Below are positions 23,741 through 33,289 of a DNA stretch of 37,325 nucleotides, one piece after another. Position 1 is the stretch's first letter. Each line of letters opens with the position of its first letter. The notes below the pieces were generated by a model that saw only the letters and a list, made by a program, of their open reading frames with translations, had not been told where the DNA came from and made no database searches. This DNA comes from Gammaproteobacteria bacterium (lineage in GTDB: Bacteria > Pseudomonadota > Gammaproteobacteria > Steroidobacterales > GCA-2729495): the NCBI GenBank assembly GCA_039926785.1, contig JBDSWH010000327.1, positions 1-37,325 of the forward strand, read 5' to 3'. The position numbers were made by a program, and so were the translations under genes.

Positions 23741-26170
23741 TCAAGTGACCGTTGCCGGCTCATCCACGATGGTCAGGGGTAGGCGGATCGTGAACTGCGT
23801 GCCGCAGCCCGGCGCGGATTCCACGCTGATCGTCCCGCCGTGGCGGGTGATGAAGTTGTGCGTTAGGGCGAGTCCCTGGCCGGTGCCCTCGCCGACACCC
23901 TTGGTCGTGAAGAAGGGCTCGAAGATCCGCTTCTGCACCTCGGCCGACATGCCGCAGCCGTTGTCCGCAATCGTGATCACGGCGTGGTCTCCACCCAGGC
24001 TCGTGGTGAGCGTGATGCGGCCCTTGGAGCGAACCGCGGCGATGGCGTGCGCCGCATTCACCACCATGTTCAGGATCACCTGGTTGAACTCGCCCGGCAT
24101 CACAGGTACCCGCGGCAGGGCGGGGTCCAGGTGGGTAACGACCTCCGCGACGTAGTTCCATTCGTTGGTGGCGACGGCCAGCGTGCTCTCGATCGCCCTG
24201 TTCAGGTCGTGGGGCATCCGATCAGTCGCGGGATGGGAAAAGTCGCGCATCGCCCGGACGATTCCCGCGACGCGATTAATGCCTTCCAGCGATTGCTCGA
24301 TGGCGCGGGGGATTTCCGTGCGCAGGTACTCCGCGTCCGCAGCGTCCCAGGCCGACTGCAGTTCTGCCGGTGTCGGGGGCGGATTGCTGCGCAGCTGGTC
24401 GAGTAGCGATAGCACGCCGGCAAAGGCGGTTTGCACGAATCGGGTGTTATCACCGATGTACTGGGTCGGTGTATTGATTTCATGGGCGATACCCGCCGCC
24501 AGCTGGCCGATGGCTTCGAGGCGTTGGGCCTGCTGCCGTTCCTGTACCAGGCGGTTACGTTCCGTGACATCCATCGTGATGCCAATGACACGCACGGGTG
24601 AACCGTCCGCATCGCGATGGATGATGGCGCGGACGTCCACGTGCCGCTGCTCGCCGTCATCGCGAATCACACGGAATTCGCAGTCGAAATGATCGCTGGA
24701 GGCGAGGGCCCCGTGAATCGTTGCCCTGAGGCGGTCCAGGTCCGCGGGATGACACAGGTGAGCCATTACCTTCGTGCCGATGGCCTCGTTCGGCAGGTCC
24801 GGCGACAGGCCGTAGATCTCCCGCATGCGCGCGTCCCAGTAATTCCGGCCCGTGCGCAGGTCCTGGTCCCAGACGGCGATTGCGGCGGACCGGGCCGCCA
24901 GGTCAAGGCGCTCCGCCCGGCTCTGGGACTCCTGCTCCACGTCCTTCCGGCGGGTGACGTCCGTTATTACGCCCACGAGCCGGAGTGGCTGGCTGGCGGC
25001 GTCCCGCTCCACCACCCGTCCCGCATCGTGCACCCACATCCAGCAACCGTGCTCGCACCGCAACCGGTACTCGATCTGGAACAATGCGTCGCCTCCGAGG
25101 GCGCCGGCCTGCGTGTCGGCATTGACCCGGCGCAGGTCGTCCGGATGAATCCGCGAGTGGTAGTCGGCGATGGTGGACTGGGTATCCGTCGCCGGGAGAC
25201 CCACAAGGCGGCACCAGCCGGCGCGGAGCGTCACGACCCCGGAGGCCAGATTGGCTTCGTAGAGACCGAGCTCTGCGCTCTCGACGGTGGCCCGCAGTCT
25301 CTGCTCCGAAGCCTTCAGCTCGATCGTCCGCCGGGCCAACGCATCCTCAGTCCGCTTCAGGTTTGTGATATCCGAATAGGCCAAAAGGATGCCTGACGTG
25401 GACCCGTCAGCGCGCAGCAGGGGCATGCGATCCATCCGCAGCCAGCGGCGTGAGCCGTCCGGCAGCGTCAGTTCGCGCTGCTGGTTGAAATCGGGCATGC
25501 CGCCTTCCATCACCCGCCGGTCGTCCGCCTGGATGCGCGTGGCGTCGTCGGGCGCCCAGCGCAGCTCGGGATCGGTTTTCCCGATGACCTCGGGATTGCC
25601 GGCATCGTCCAGGAAGGCCCGGTTTGCGCCGAGGATGCGGCCCGTCGTGTCCTTCCAGAGCACTCGCGTGGGGAGCAGGTCGATCAGGGATTGAAGGAAC
25701 TGGCGGGTGCTCTCGGCGCCCAACTCGGCATGCTTCTCGACAGTGATGTTCTCGCGCTGGATGACGGTATCGCCGTTGCCCGACTTGCTGCGCGCGAGGC
25801 GAACGCGGAACCAGCGCTGATGTCCCGGGACCGCGTAGTCCATGGAGAAGTTGTCGCGCGCGCCGCTGATGACGTCGCGGAGGGCGGCCAGGTACAGGCG
25901 CATCTGGGCGAGGTTGGCTGGGCTGGCCCCCGTGCACTCGGTCAGTGCCGCTTCGCAGGCGTCCAGGTATCGGCCCTGGCCCATCAGGTGCTCCGCGGCC
26001 GGGGCGAGCACGCCTTCGAAGTGTGCCCGCCAGGCGGCATTGCTGAACCGGGTGCAGCCGTGGCGGTCGATCACCGCCACCTGGTTGGGTAGGGAATCCA
26101 GGACCAGTTGGTAGAAAGCGTCAGCCTGACCGGCATTGTCCTCCATGGCCATGCCCGAAACCCCAACCAC
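23741..26170 (-). CDS. Cytoplasmic multi-PAS (about four PAS/PAC modules) sensor histidine kinase, with no adjacent response regulator
   Basis: The H-box is LAAGIAHEINTPTQYI (His codon at plus 24482-24484). The N-box is VILNMVVNAAHAI, G1 is IADNGCGM and G2 is GTGQGLAL. Upstream are repeated PAS-like modules (e.g. WLRMDRMPLLRADGSTSGILLAYSDITNLKRTE, WMWVHDAGRVVERDAASQPLRLVGVITDVTRRK, RHVDVRAIIHRDADGSPVRVIGITMDVTERN). There is no TM segment. Confidence 0.85.
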   Translation of the reverse strand: MVGVSGMAMEDNAGQADAFYQLVLDSLPNQVAVIDRHGCTRFSNAAWRAHFEGVLAPAAEHLMGQGRYLDACEAALTECTGASPANLAQMRLYLAALRDVISGARDNFSMDYAVPGHQRWFRVRLARSKSGNGDTVIQRENITVEKHAELGAESTRQFLQSLIDLLPTRVLWKDTTGRILGANRAFLDDAGNPEVIGKTDPELRWAPDDATRIQADDRRVMEGGMPDFNQQRELTLPDGSRRWLRMDRMPLLRADGSTSGILLAYSDITNLKRTEDALARRTIELKASEQRLRATVESAELGLYEANLASGVVTLRAGWCRLVGLPATDTQSTIADYHSRIHPDDLRRVNADTQAGALGGDALFQIEYRLRCEHGCWMWVHDAGRVVERDAASQPLRLVGVITDVTRRKDVEQESQSRAERLDLAARSAAIAVWDQDLRTGRNYWDARMREIYGLSPDLPNEAIGTKVMAHLCHPADLDRLRATIHGALASSDHFDCEFRVIRDDGEQRHVDVRAIIHRDADGSPVRVIGITMDVTERNRLVQERQQAQRLEAIGQLAAGIAHEINTPTQYIGDNTRFVQTAFAGVLSLLDQLRSNPPPTPAELQSAWDAADAEYLRTEIPRAIEQSLEGINRVAGIVRAMRDFSHPATDRMPHDLNRAIESTLAVATNEWNYVAEVVTHLDPALPRVPVMPGEFNQVILNMVVNAAHAIAAVRSKGRITLTTSLGGDHAVITIADNGCGMSAEVQKRIFEPFFTTKGVGEGTGQGLALTHNFITRHGGTISVESAPGCGTQFTIRLPLTIVDEPATVT

Positions 26171-26300
26171 CCGAAAACCAACGACGCCAATCTGCGGTGT
26201 CGTCTATCGTGGACGGACCTTGAGCCGGGGAGCCCGACGTGGATCACAGTACCCGGTGGTGGAGCGCCATTGCCGGGCGAGACACACCCGCTACAATCGA

Positions 26301-26888
26301 ATGCATGCGTTGGACTGGATACCGGCCATGACCACTGACTACCTGGTCGTCGACGACTACCTCACCCCGGCCCAGGCCGATGAGCTGGAAAAGCTGATGT
26401 TCGGGAACTACTTCCCCTGGTATTTCCTGGACAACACGACCACACCGGAGGGCACCCGGGACCCGAATGAGGTGGAGTGCCCCATGTTTGTCCACAACCT
26501 GTACTTCGAGGGTGCGGTCAACAATCCCGGCTACCAGCAGATGCTGCGGGAGTTCCGTTTCGATCCGGCCATTCTGACGCGCATGAAGGCCAACATGCTG
26601 CTGGCCAGGCCCTCGGAGTCGCGCCACACCCCGTTCCACGTGGACCGGGTGGATCCGCACTACACGGTGATCTACTACGTCAACGAGTCGGATGGCGCGA
26701 CACTTATCCAGTCAGGCCAGGGGCAGATACTGGTGGAGCCCCGCAAGGGGCGCATCGTATTGTTCTCGGGTGCGCTGAAGCACGCGAACTACCTGCCGGC
26801 CCGGGGTTCGCGCTGCGTCATCAATTTCAATTTCCAGGCCTATCCGTTGCCGGGTGAGCCGCCATTTCCATCGGGCGGCAGTCCCTGA
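26301..26888 (+). CDS. 2OG-Fe(II) oxygenase-superfamily-like protein
   Basis: A candidate facial triad is present: HVD in TPFHVDRVD and a distal His in GALKHAN. A downstream RGSRCVINF could bind 2-oxoglutarate. Composition is Tyr/Phe/Asn-rich and coding-like. The start may be the ATG at 26301 or at 26328; a TACAAT hexamer at 26292-26297 favours 26328. Confidence 0.5.
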   Translation: MHALDWIPAMTTDYLVVDDYLTPAQADELEKLMFGNYFPWYFLDNTTTPEGTRDPNEVECPMFVHNLYFEGAVNNPGYQQMLREFRFDPAILTRMKANMLLARPSESRHTPFHVDRVDPHYTVIYYVNESDGATLIQSGQGQILVEPRKGRIVLFSGALKHANYLPARGSRCVINFNFQAYPLPGEPPFPSGGSP

Positions 26889-26898
26889 AGGATTACGA

Positions 26899-28083
26899 AT
26901 GGAGTACCCGCCGCTCAGACTGACCAGGACATTCCTGGACTTCTTCAATTCCGGGAGGTCCGGCGGCTTCCTGCTGCTCGGGTGCACGATCCTGTCGCTG
27001 GCGATAGCGAACTCCGCCGCTGGCCCCGTCTACCTCAACCTGTGGGAAGGCCGGGTCGCCGGCCTCAGCGTCGCGCACTGGGTCAACGACGCGCTGATGG
27101 CCATCTTCTTCCTGCTCGTGGGCCTGGAACTGGAACGAGAGCTCTACAGCGGGGAGCTGTCGAAATTGCGCAACGCCCTGCTGCCAATCGTGGCCGCCGT
27201 AGGCGGAGTGACTGCGCCTGCCCTGATCCACTGGGCGCTGAACGCCGGCACACCGACCCAGTCCGGCGCCGGCATTCCCATGGCTACCGACATTGCCTTT
27301 GCGCTGGCGGTTCTGGCGGTACTCGGCAGCCGGATTCCGGCGTCGCTGAAAGTCTTCCTGACGGCGCTGGCCGTCATCGACGACCTCGCGGCAATTGTGG
27401 TGATCGCCGTGTTCTATACCAGCAAGGTCTCGCTGGGCTATTTGCTCGGCGCGCTCACGGTTTTTGCTGTTCTCGTCATGTTCAATCGCTTGCTGCGGAT
27501 CATGTCGCTGTCGCCCTACCTGATCGGCGGCGCGCTCCTGTGGTTCCTGATGCTCAAGTCGGGCGTACACGCAACGATCGCCGGGGTACTGCTTGCCTTC
27601 GCCATTCCGTTCTCGGCCAAGTCTGAGGACGAAACCTCACCCTCGCATCGCCTCGAACACTTCCTGCACAGGCCGGTCGGGTTCATCGTGTTGCCCATCT
27701 TTGCGCTGGCCAATACCGGCATTGTGATTGGCTCGCAATGGCGCGAGGACCTCCTCAGCGCGAACAGCCTTGGTATTGCATTGGGGCTCGTCATCGGCAA
27801 ACCGCTGGGCGTCACGCTGCTGAGTGCACTCGCCGTGGCCGTCGGTATTTGCAAGCTTCCCGGGGATTTCGGCTGGCGTCACCTGTTCGGGGCCGGCCTG
27901 CTCGGCGGTATCGGGTTCACGATGTCCATCTTCGTGGCCCAGCTCGCCTTCCCCGCGGAGCCGGCCCTGATTGTGGCGTCGAAAATAGCGATCATGCTCG
28001 CGTCAGCGACAGCGGGAGTGCTGGGTTTGGTCTGGTTGTGGTTTGCAGGCGGCCAGCCACCCGGCCAAAGCCATGCGGCCTAA
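26899..28083 (+). CDS. nhaA: Na+/H+ antiporter NhaA
   Basis: [22 protein letters not shown], the conserved Asp pair in [17 protein letters not shown] and GFTMSIFV are present. The 394-aa length from the internal ATG at 26899 compares with about 388 aa in E. coli. Confidence 0.9.
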   Translation: MEYPPLRLTRTFLDFFNSGRSGGFLLLGCTILSLAIANSAAGPVYLNLWEGRVAGLSVAHWVNDALMAIFFLLVGLELERELYSGELSKLRNALLPIVAAVGGVTAPALIHWALNAGTPTQSGAGIPMATDIAFALAVLAVLGSRIPASLKVFLTALAVIDDLAAIVVIAVFYTSKVSLGYLLGALTVFAVLVMFNRLLRIMSLSPYLIGGALLWFLMLKSGVHATIAGVLLAFAIPFSAKSEDETSPSHRLEHFLHRPVGFIVLPIFALANTGIVIGSQWREDLLSANSLGIALGLVIGKPLGVTLLSALAVAVGICKLPGDFGWRHLFGAGLLGGIGFTMSIFVAQLAFPAEPALIVASKIAIMLASATAGVLGLVWLWFAGGQPPGQSHAA

Positions 28084-30892
28084 AGCCCGGATTCCCCGGG
28101 CGCGGACCTTGACCGAGCGTGCGGCGGCCCGCGACCGGCCGCTGGTGGCTGACATCCGTCTCCTGGGCCGGATCCTTGGGGACGTAATCAGGGAACAGGA
28201 TGGCGTTGCGGCCTTCGAGCTGATTGAGCGGATCCGCCGCCTGTCCGTCGCCTACCGGTTGAAGCGCGATACGCAAGCAGGCCGTGCTTTGGACCGTCTG
28301 CTGACCAGTCTCAGCACCGACCAGACGGTGAGTGTCATCCGGGCGTTCAGTTACTTCTCCCACCTCGCCAACATCGCGGAGGACAGGCACTACCTGCGCC
28401 GCCGTGAGTACCACGAACAGCGGGGGCACCTGCAGGACGGCTCCCTCGCCATGACCTTCCGGCGGCTCAAGGCGGCGGGCGTGAAGCCCGCCAGCATTGC
28501 GGCGGCACTTGGCCGTGCCTACGTGTCACCGGTCCTCACCGCACACCCCACCGAAGTCCAGCGCAAAAGCATTCTGGATGCCGAAAGGGCCATTGCGACG
28601 CTGCTCGATGAGCGAGACCGCCTGCGCCACGCCCGGCAGCGGGAGGAAAACGAGGGCAGTATCCGCCGCCGTGTGCTGCAGCTCTGGCAGACCCGCATGC
28701 TCCGCACCGCGGCGCTGACGGTCAACGACGAGATCGAGAACGCGCTCAGCTATTACCACACCACGTTCTTGCGGCAGATCCCCGCCCTCTACCGGGATCT
28801 GGAGCAGTTCCTGCCTGGCCTGCCTGTGCCTGGTTTCTTCCGCATGGGGAGCTGGATTGGTGGCGATCGCGACGGTCATCCACTGGTCAGTGCGGCCACG
28901 CTGGATTTGGCGCTTCGCAGACAGTCTGCCACCGTCTTGCGCTTCTACCTGGAGGAGATCCACGCACTGGGTGCCGAATTGTCCCTGTCCACACTGCTGT
29001 GCCAGGTGAGCCCCGCATTGCAGGACCTGGCCGACCGCGCGGAAGACCGCAACGAGCATCGCGCGGACGAACCCTATCGCCGGGCCCTCATTGGTATTTA
29101 CGCCCGGCTATCCACCACGCTAGTAGCGCTGTCGGGCCAAGGACCCGGAACCGGCGCGGGCCCGCCGGCCACGCTGCCGGCGAAGGGCTACGGCGACCCA
29201 GTGGCGCTGCATGCAGACCTGCAGGTTATCGCTGACTCCCTCCAGGCGCACGGGGCGGACGCCCTCATCCAATACCGCCTGGGCCCGCTCCTGCGGGCGG
29301 TCCAGGTGTTCGGCTTTCATCTCGCAACGATCGACCTCCGCCAGAATTCGGCGCAACACGCGGCAGTGGTGGCCGAACTGCTCCGCGTGGGCAACGTGGC
29401 GCCAGACTACGAGTCACTGGCCGAGCCGGAGCGCCTCGATCTGCTGCTACCCATGATCCAGGGCAGGCGACCGCTACCCCTGGCCACAGGCGACTTGAGC
29501 GCTACCGCCCGCGCCGAACTCGCCATCTTCGACATGGCCAGGGACGCGCGCCGGCTCTACGGGCCCGACGCGCTCCGGCACTACATCGTGTCCCATACCG
29601 AAGCCCTGAGCGACCTGCTTGAAGTGCTGCTGCTGTTTCGGGTCACGGGGCTGCTGCAGGCCGGGTCCCGGCCGGTGCCGGAGCTGATCGTCGTCCCGCT
29701 CTTCGAGACCATACCTGACCTGCGCCGCTCCGGGGCCATCATGCGCGCGCTCTACTCGCTCCCGGGGGCCTCCGGGATGTTGGGCGCGTCTGGCGGCGTG
29801 CAGGACGTAATGCTCGGCTACAGCGACAGCAACAAGGACGGCGGCATGTTCACCAGCAACTGGTCGCTCCATGAGGCGACGGTGGAGCTGGTGAAACTCT
29901 TTGACGAGCTCCGGGCAGCCCACCCGGACGCGCCGGTGGTCCTGCGGCTGTTCCATGGGCGCGGGGGTACGGTGGGGCGGGGCGGTGGGCCAACCTACGA
30001 GGCCATCCTGGCCCAGCCGCCCGGGACGGTAAACGGCCAGCTGCGCGTCACGGAGCAGGGTGAGGTGATTGCCTCCAAGTACGCCCATCCGGACATCGGT
30101 CGCCGTAACCTGGAGACCCTGGTCGCTGCCACGCTTGAGGCCACGCTGCTGACACCAACAAAGAGTGCGCCAACCGAGTTCCTCGAAGCGGCCGAGGTCA
30201 TCAGCGGCGCCAGCTTCACGGCGTATCGGCAGCTGGTGTACCTCACGCCAGAATTCGAGGCGTTCTTCTTCAGCGTGACGCCCATCCGGGAGATCCGGGA
30301 GCTAAACATTGGCTCGCGGCCCGCATCCCGCCGGAATTCACGGGCTATCGAGGACCTGCGTGCCATTCCCTGGAGCTTTAGTTGGGGCCAGTGCCGCGTG
30401 GGCCTGCCGGGCTGGTACGGCTTCGGCTCCGGCATCGACGCCTACCTGGGTAAACCAGGCAGGGGGCGGCCGCGGCGAATCGCCCTTCTCCGACGCATGT
30501 ACCGGGAGTGGCCCTTCTTCCGCACGCTGCTTTCGAACCTGGACATGGTGCTGGCCAAATCCGACTTGGGCATCGCGGCCCGTTACATGGACCTGGCGGA
30601 AGACGCCGCGGCCGCGCAGCATCTGTTCGGGCAGATTAACCGCGAGTGGGACCGTACCGCGGCCGCACTCACCAGTATTACGGGCGATCGGCCCCGCCTC
30701 GCGCGCAATCCCGCCCTGGCCCGGTCCATCCGTCACCGGTTTCCTTACCTGGACCCGCTGAATCACCTGCAGGTGGAGCTGATGCGCCGGTTCCGGCAGG
30801 GAGGCGACGCCCAGCCCGGTCACGATCGTCTCAGGCGCGGCATCCACATCTCTATCAATGGACTGGCGGCGGGCCTCAGAAATACCGGATAG
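28073..30892 (+). CDS. ppc: Phosphoenolpyruvate carboxylase
   Basis: [39 protein letters not shown] and the C-terminal [11 protein letters not shown] are present. The start is taken at the ATG at 28073, overlapping nhaA by 11 nt. An in-frame TTG about 13 codons downstream is also possible. Confidence 0.95.
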   Translation: MRPKARIPRARTLTERAAARDRPLVADIRLLGRILGDVIREQDGVAAFELIERIRRLSVAYRLKRDTQAGRALDRLLTSLSTDQTVSVIRAFSYFSHLANIAEDRHYLRRREYHEQRGHLQDGSLAMTFRRLKAAGVKPASIAAALGRAYVSPVLTAHPTEVQRKSILDAERAIATLLDERDRLRHARQREENEGSIRRRVLQLWQTRMLRTAALTVNDEIENALSYYHTTFLRQIPALYRDLEQFLPGLPVPGFFRMGSWIGGDRDGHPLVSAATLDLALRRQSATVLRFYLEEIHALGAELSLSTLLCQVSPALQDLADRAEDRNEHRADEPYRRALIGIYARLSTTLVALSGQGPGTGAGPPATLPAKGYGDPVALHADLQVIADSLQAHGADALIQYRLGPLLRAVQVFGFHLATIDLRQNSAQHAAVVAELLRVGNVAPDYESLAEPERLDLLLPMIQGRRPLPLATGDLSATARAELAIFDMARDARRLYGPDALRHYIVSHTEALSDLLEVLLLFRVTGLLQAGSRPVPELIVVPLFETIPDLRRSGAIMRALYSLPGASGMLGASGGVQDVMLGYSDSNKDGGMFTSNWSLHEATVELVKLFDELRAAHPDAPVVLRLFHGRGGTVGRGGGPTYEAILAQPPGTVNGQLRVTEQGEVIASKYAHPDIGRRNLETLVAATLEATLLTPTKSAPTEFLEAAEVISGASFTAYRQLVYLTPEFEAFFFSVTPIREIRELNIGSRPASRRNSRAIEDLRAIPWSFSWGQCRVGLPGWYGFGSGIDAYLGKPGRGRPRRIALLRRMYREWPFFRTLLSNLDMVLAKSDLGIAARYMDLAEDAAAAQHLFGQINREWDRTAAALTSITGDRPRLARNPALARSIRHRFPYLDPLNHLQVELMRRFRQGGDAQPGHDRLRRGIHISINGLAAGLRNTG

Positions 30893-30925
30893 GGAAATGC
30901 CCCATAGGGCAAATACCGGCTAGGG
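30880..30925. repeat. Three tandem 15-nt units AAAT(A/G)CC(GG/CC)(A/C)TAGGG beginning inside the last codons of ppc
   Basis: The units are AAATACCGGATAGGG (30880-30894), AAATGCCCCATAGGG (30895-30909) and AAATACCGGCTAGGG (30911-30925). Units 1 and 3 match at 14/15 positions. Unit 1 encodes the NTG-stop end of PEPC. Confidence 0.75.
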
Positions 30926-30930
30926 CTCAA

Positions 30931-30946
30931 CCCGGTTTGGACCGGG
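30931..30946. terminator. Weak candidate bidirectional hairpin between convergent ppc and mepK
   Basis: CCCGGT-TTGG-ACCGGG forms a 6-bp stem with a 4-nt loop. There is no U-tract on either strand, so intrinsic-terminator function is doubtful. Confidence 0.25.
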
Positions 30947-30949
30947 CGG

Positions 30950-31492
30950 TTACCAGTGGCGGACGCGGCCGGTGTCGATGTGCACGAAGTCGGATTCCGG
31001 GTAATAGCCCACCCCGCCACCGGCCCGGGCGAGTGCGGCGTTCCGGAGATTCACCGTACTGACGCCCTTCAGCCTGACGTCGATGGCCTGGCCCGTGAGG
31101 TGCAGGCTGTGGTCCGCGACACCGGTGCCGTGGCTGGCGAGCATCCGGTTGGTGGCGGGCGACCGGTAGGCCGAGATGATCTCGAAGCAGCGGGTGCCAC
31201 CCGTGGCCTGCTGCACGTCGTGGAGCAGGTCAAGCAGGGCAGGGTCGATCTGGTGAAGGTCGCCGGTGCGAAAGTCCCGGCACAGCTGCCGGATTTCTGC
31301 CAGGGCCTCGGGGACGTAGAGGCCGTTTTCGCTGTAGACGATGTCCAGCGTTTCGCTCGTGTGGGTATGATAGAACGCGAGGCGGCGTGGACCGGCAGCC
31401 AAACGTGACACTGAGGCGCGGACGATACCCGGACAAGCGATCAGGGGGACCAGGGCCAGGGCCGTTCGCAGGAATTGTCGGCGGGCAACCAT
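30950..31492 (-). CDS. mepK: Tat-exported DUF882 / peptidase M15A murein endopeptidase (YcbK/MepK-like)
   Basis: It has a twin-arginine signal (MVARRQFLRTALALV). Zn-ligand-type motifs HSLHLTGQAIDV and DFVHIDTG are present. The C-terminus is GVGYYPESDFVHIDTGRVRHW. Its 180 aa is similar to E. coli YcbK. Confidence 0.8.
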   Translation of the reverse strand: MVARRQFLRTALALVPLIACPGIVRASVSRLAAGPRRLAFYHTHTSETLDIVYSENGLYVPEALAEIRQLCRDFRTGDLHQIDPALLDLLHDVQQATGGTRCFEIISAYRSPATNRMLASHGTGVADHSLHLTGQAIDVRLKGVSTVNLRNAALARAGGGVGYYPESDFVHIDTGRVRHW

Positions 31493-31573
31493 GAAGCATT
31501 CTCGCCAACGACGGTGCCCGGGGCAACCCGCGAGTTACCAGAAACCGGACGCAGGCCCGAAAATAATCCCGAC

Positions 31574-33247
31574 ATGAACGCCTGCACTATGCAAAAACGC
31601 ACGCTCTGGCTCACGCCGGTCCTGCTGGCGCTGCTCACCCTGCCGGTTGCCACGCGCGCCGCACCGGCGGCGGTGCAGCAGCAGCTGGAGCTCCAGGTTG
31701 CCCAATTGCGTGCGGACGGTGGAATGTACGTCCAGGGCCTTGCCCTGGCCTCCGGCCAATTGCTGCCGGACTTCTATGCGGCACGCGGCTACGCGCCAGT
31801 CTGGACCCGTCCGGCGCGCGTTGACGAACTGCTCGAGCTGCTGGCCACAGCTGAATCTCATGGCTTGTCCAGCGAGGACTACTACCTCAGTCCACTGAAG
31901 GCCCTCCGCTCGCGCGTGCAGCGGAGTGAGGATCCGGTGCTCGTCGCCAGCCTCGATATGCTGCTTACCGAAAGCCTGATCCGCTTTGGTTATCACCAGC
32001 GATTCGGCAAAGTGAATCCGTCCAGGATGGAACCGACCTGGAATTTCACCCGCCAGTTCCGGCCCGGCCAGGATCCGCTGCGCACATTGACCGAAGCGGT
32101 CGCCGCGCCGTCGCTGTCCGGATTTCTTGGTCAGTGGGTGGAGCGGGCGCCGCTGTACCGCACACTGCAGTCCCGGCTGTCGGACTACCGCCGTATCGCC
32201 GCGGCCGGCGGCTGGCCCGCGGTGCCGGACGGTCCGACCTTTAAGCCCGGCGATACCGACGCCCGCCTCGCGACCCTTCGCGAGCGACTGGCCATCACCG
32301 GCGACCTGGCCGGCGACTTGGCTTCCGAGTCACCGCTGGCGGCCGACGTCTACGCGGACGCGCTGGTGGAGGGCGTCCGCCACTTCCAGGCCCGCCATAG
32401 CCTCGCCGCCGACGGCGTGCTCGGCCGGCGGACCCTGGACGCGCTGAACGTACCCGTTGGCGCCCGGGTCGACCAACTGCGCCTGACACTGGAGCGTGCC
32501 CGCTGGGTGCTCGACGAGACGGCCGGCGAGGTGGTCGTGGTAAACGTGGCGGGCTACGAAGTGTTCGCCGCGCGCAATGGCACGCCATTCTGGCGGCGCC
32601 GGGCCGTCGTGGGAACCCAGGCCCGTGAGACGCCCATATTCAAGGGCTCCATGACCTACCTGGATCTGAATCCCACCTGGACGGTGCCGCCGACGATCCT
32701 CCGGGAAGACATGCTGCCCAAGGTCCGGCGCGATCCCGGTTACCTCCGGGCCCAGAACATCAGTGTGCTCGACCGCAATGGCCGGGTGGTGGACCCGGCG
32801 ACCATCAACTGGGCTGGGGTCGGCGGTCGGCCGCCCTACACGTTCCGGCAGGGACCCGGCCCGCGCAATGCGCTGGGGCGCATCAAGTTCATGTTCCCGA
32901 ATTCCCACTCGGTCTTTCTCCACGACACGCCCAGCCGCGGCCTGTTCGAGCAGGCCGAGCGGAATTTCAGCTCCGGATGCATCCGCGTGGAGGACCCGCT
33001 GTCGCTGGCGGAGATCGTGCTCGGGGATCCCGGGCGGTGGAATCGCCGCACCCTGGAGGAGGCGCTGGCCACGGGTAAGACCCGCACACTGCGGCTGCCC
33101 AAGCCCTGGCCCGTGCTCATCCTCTACTGGACTGCAGAACTCGATGGGGAGGGCCAGGTCCGCTTCCTGCCGGACAGCTACCGGCGGGACCCGGCCCTGC
33201 TGACGGCGCTCGACGGCAAGGTGGTGATCGACTTTCCATCGCTATAA
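31574..33247 (+). CDS. ldtD: Large L,D-transpeptidase of the YcbB/LdtD type (scaffold + PG-binding + YkuD domains)
   Basis: The PG-binding motif is VRHFQARHSLAADGVLGRRTLDALN. The YkuD catalytic motif is HDTPSRGLFEQAERNFSSGCIRV. A signal peptide follows the internal ATG at 31574 (or 31589). The gene is divergent from mepK, and the two genes are also adjacent in E. coli. Confidence 0.8.
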   Translation: MNACTMQKRTLWLTPVLLALLTLPVATRAAPAAVQQQLELQVAQLRADGGMYVQGLALASGQLLPDFYAARGYAPVWTRPARVDELLELLATAESHGLSSEDYYLSPLKALRSRVQRSEDPVLVASLDMLLTESLIRFGYHQRFGKVNPSRMEPTWNFTRQFRPGQDPLRTLTEAVAAPSLSGFLGQWVERAPLYRTLQSRLSDYRRIAAAGGWPAVPDGPTFKPGDTDARLATLRERLAITGDLAGDLASESPLAADVYADALVEGVRHFQARHSLAADGVLGRRTLDALNVPVGARVDQLRLTLERARWVLDETAGEVVVVNVAGYEVFAARNGTPFWRRRAVVGTQARETPIFKGSMTYLDLNPTWTVPPTILREDMLPKVRRDPGYLRAQNISVLDRNGRVVDPATINWAGVGGRPPYTFRQGPGPRNALGRIKFMFPNSHSVFLHDTPSRGLFEQAERNFSSGCIRVEDPLSLAEIVLGDPGRWNRRTLEEALATGKTRTLRLPKPWPVLILYWTAELDGEGQVRFLPDSYRRDPALLTALDGKVVIDFPSL

Positions 33248-33248
33248 T
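33243..33248 (+). promoter_or_regulatory. Perfect TATAAT hexamer overlapping the ldtD stop codon, 42 nt upstream of the ATG at 33290
   Basis: GCTATAATGT stands in GC-rich surroundings. The -35 element is weak (GGTGAT-like). Confidence 0.25.
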
Positions 33249-33289
33249 GTGGTCGCCCGGGGCTCCGGGTCCTGGAAACAGACCCGCTG

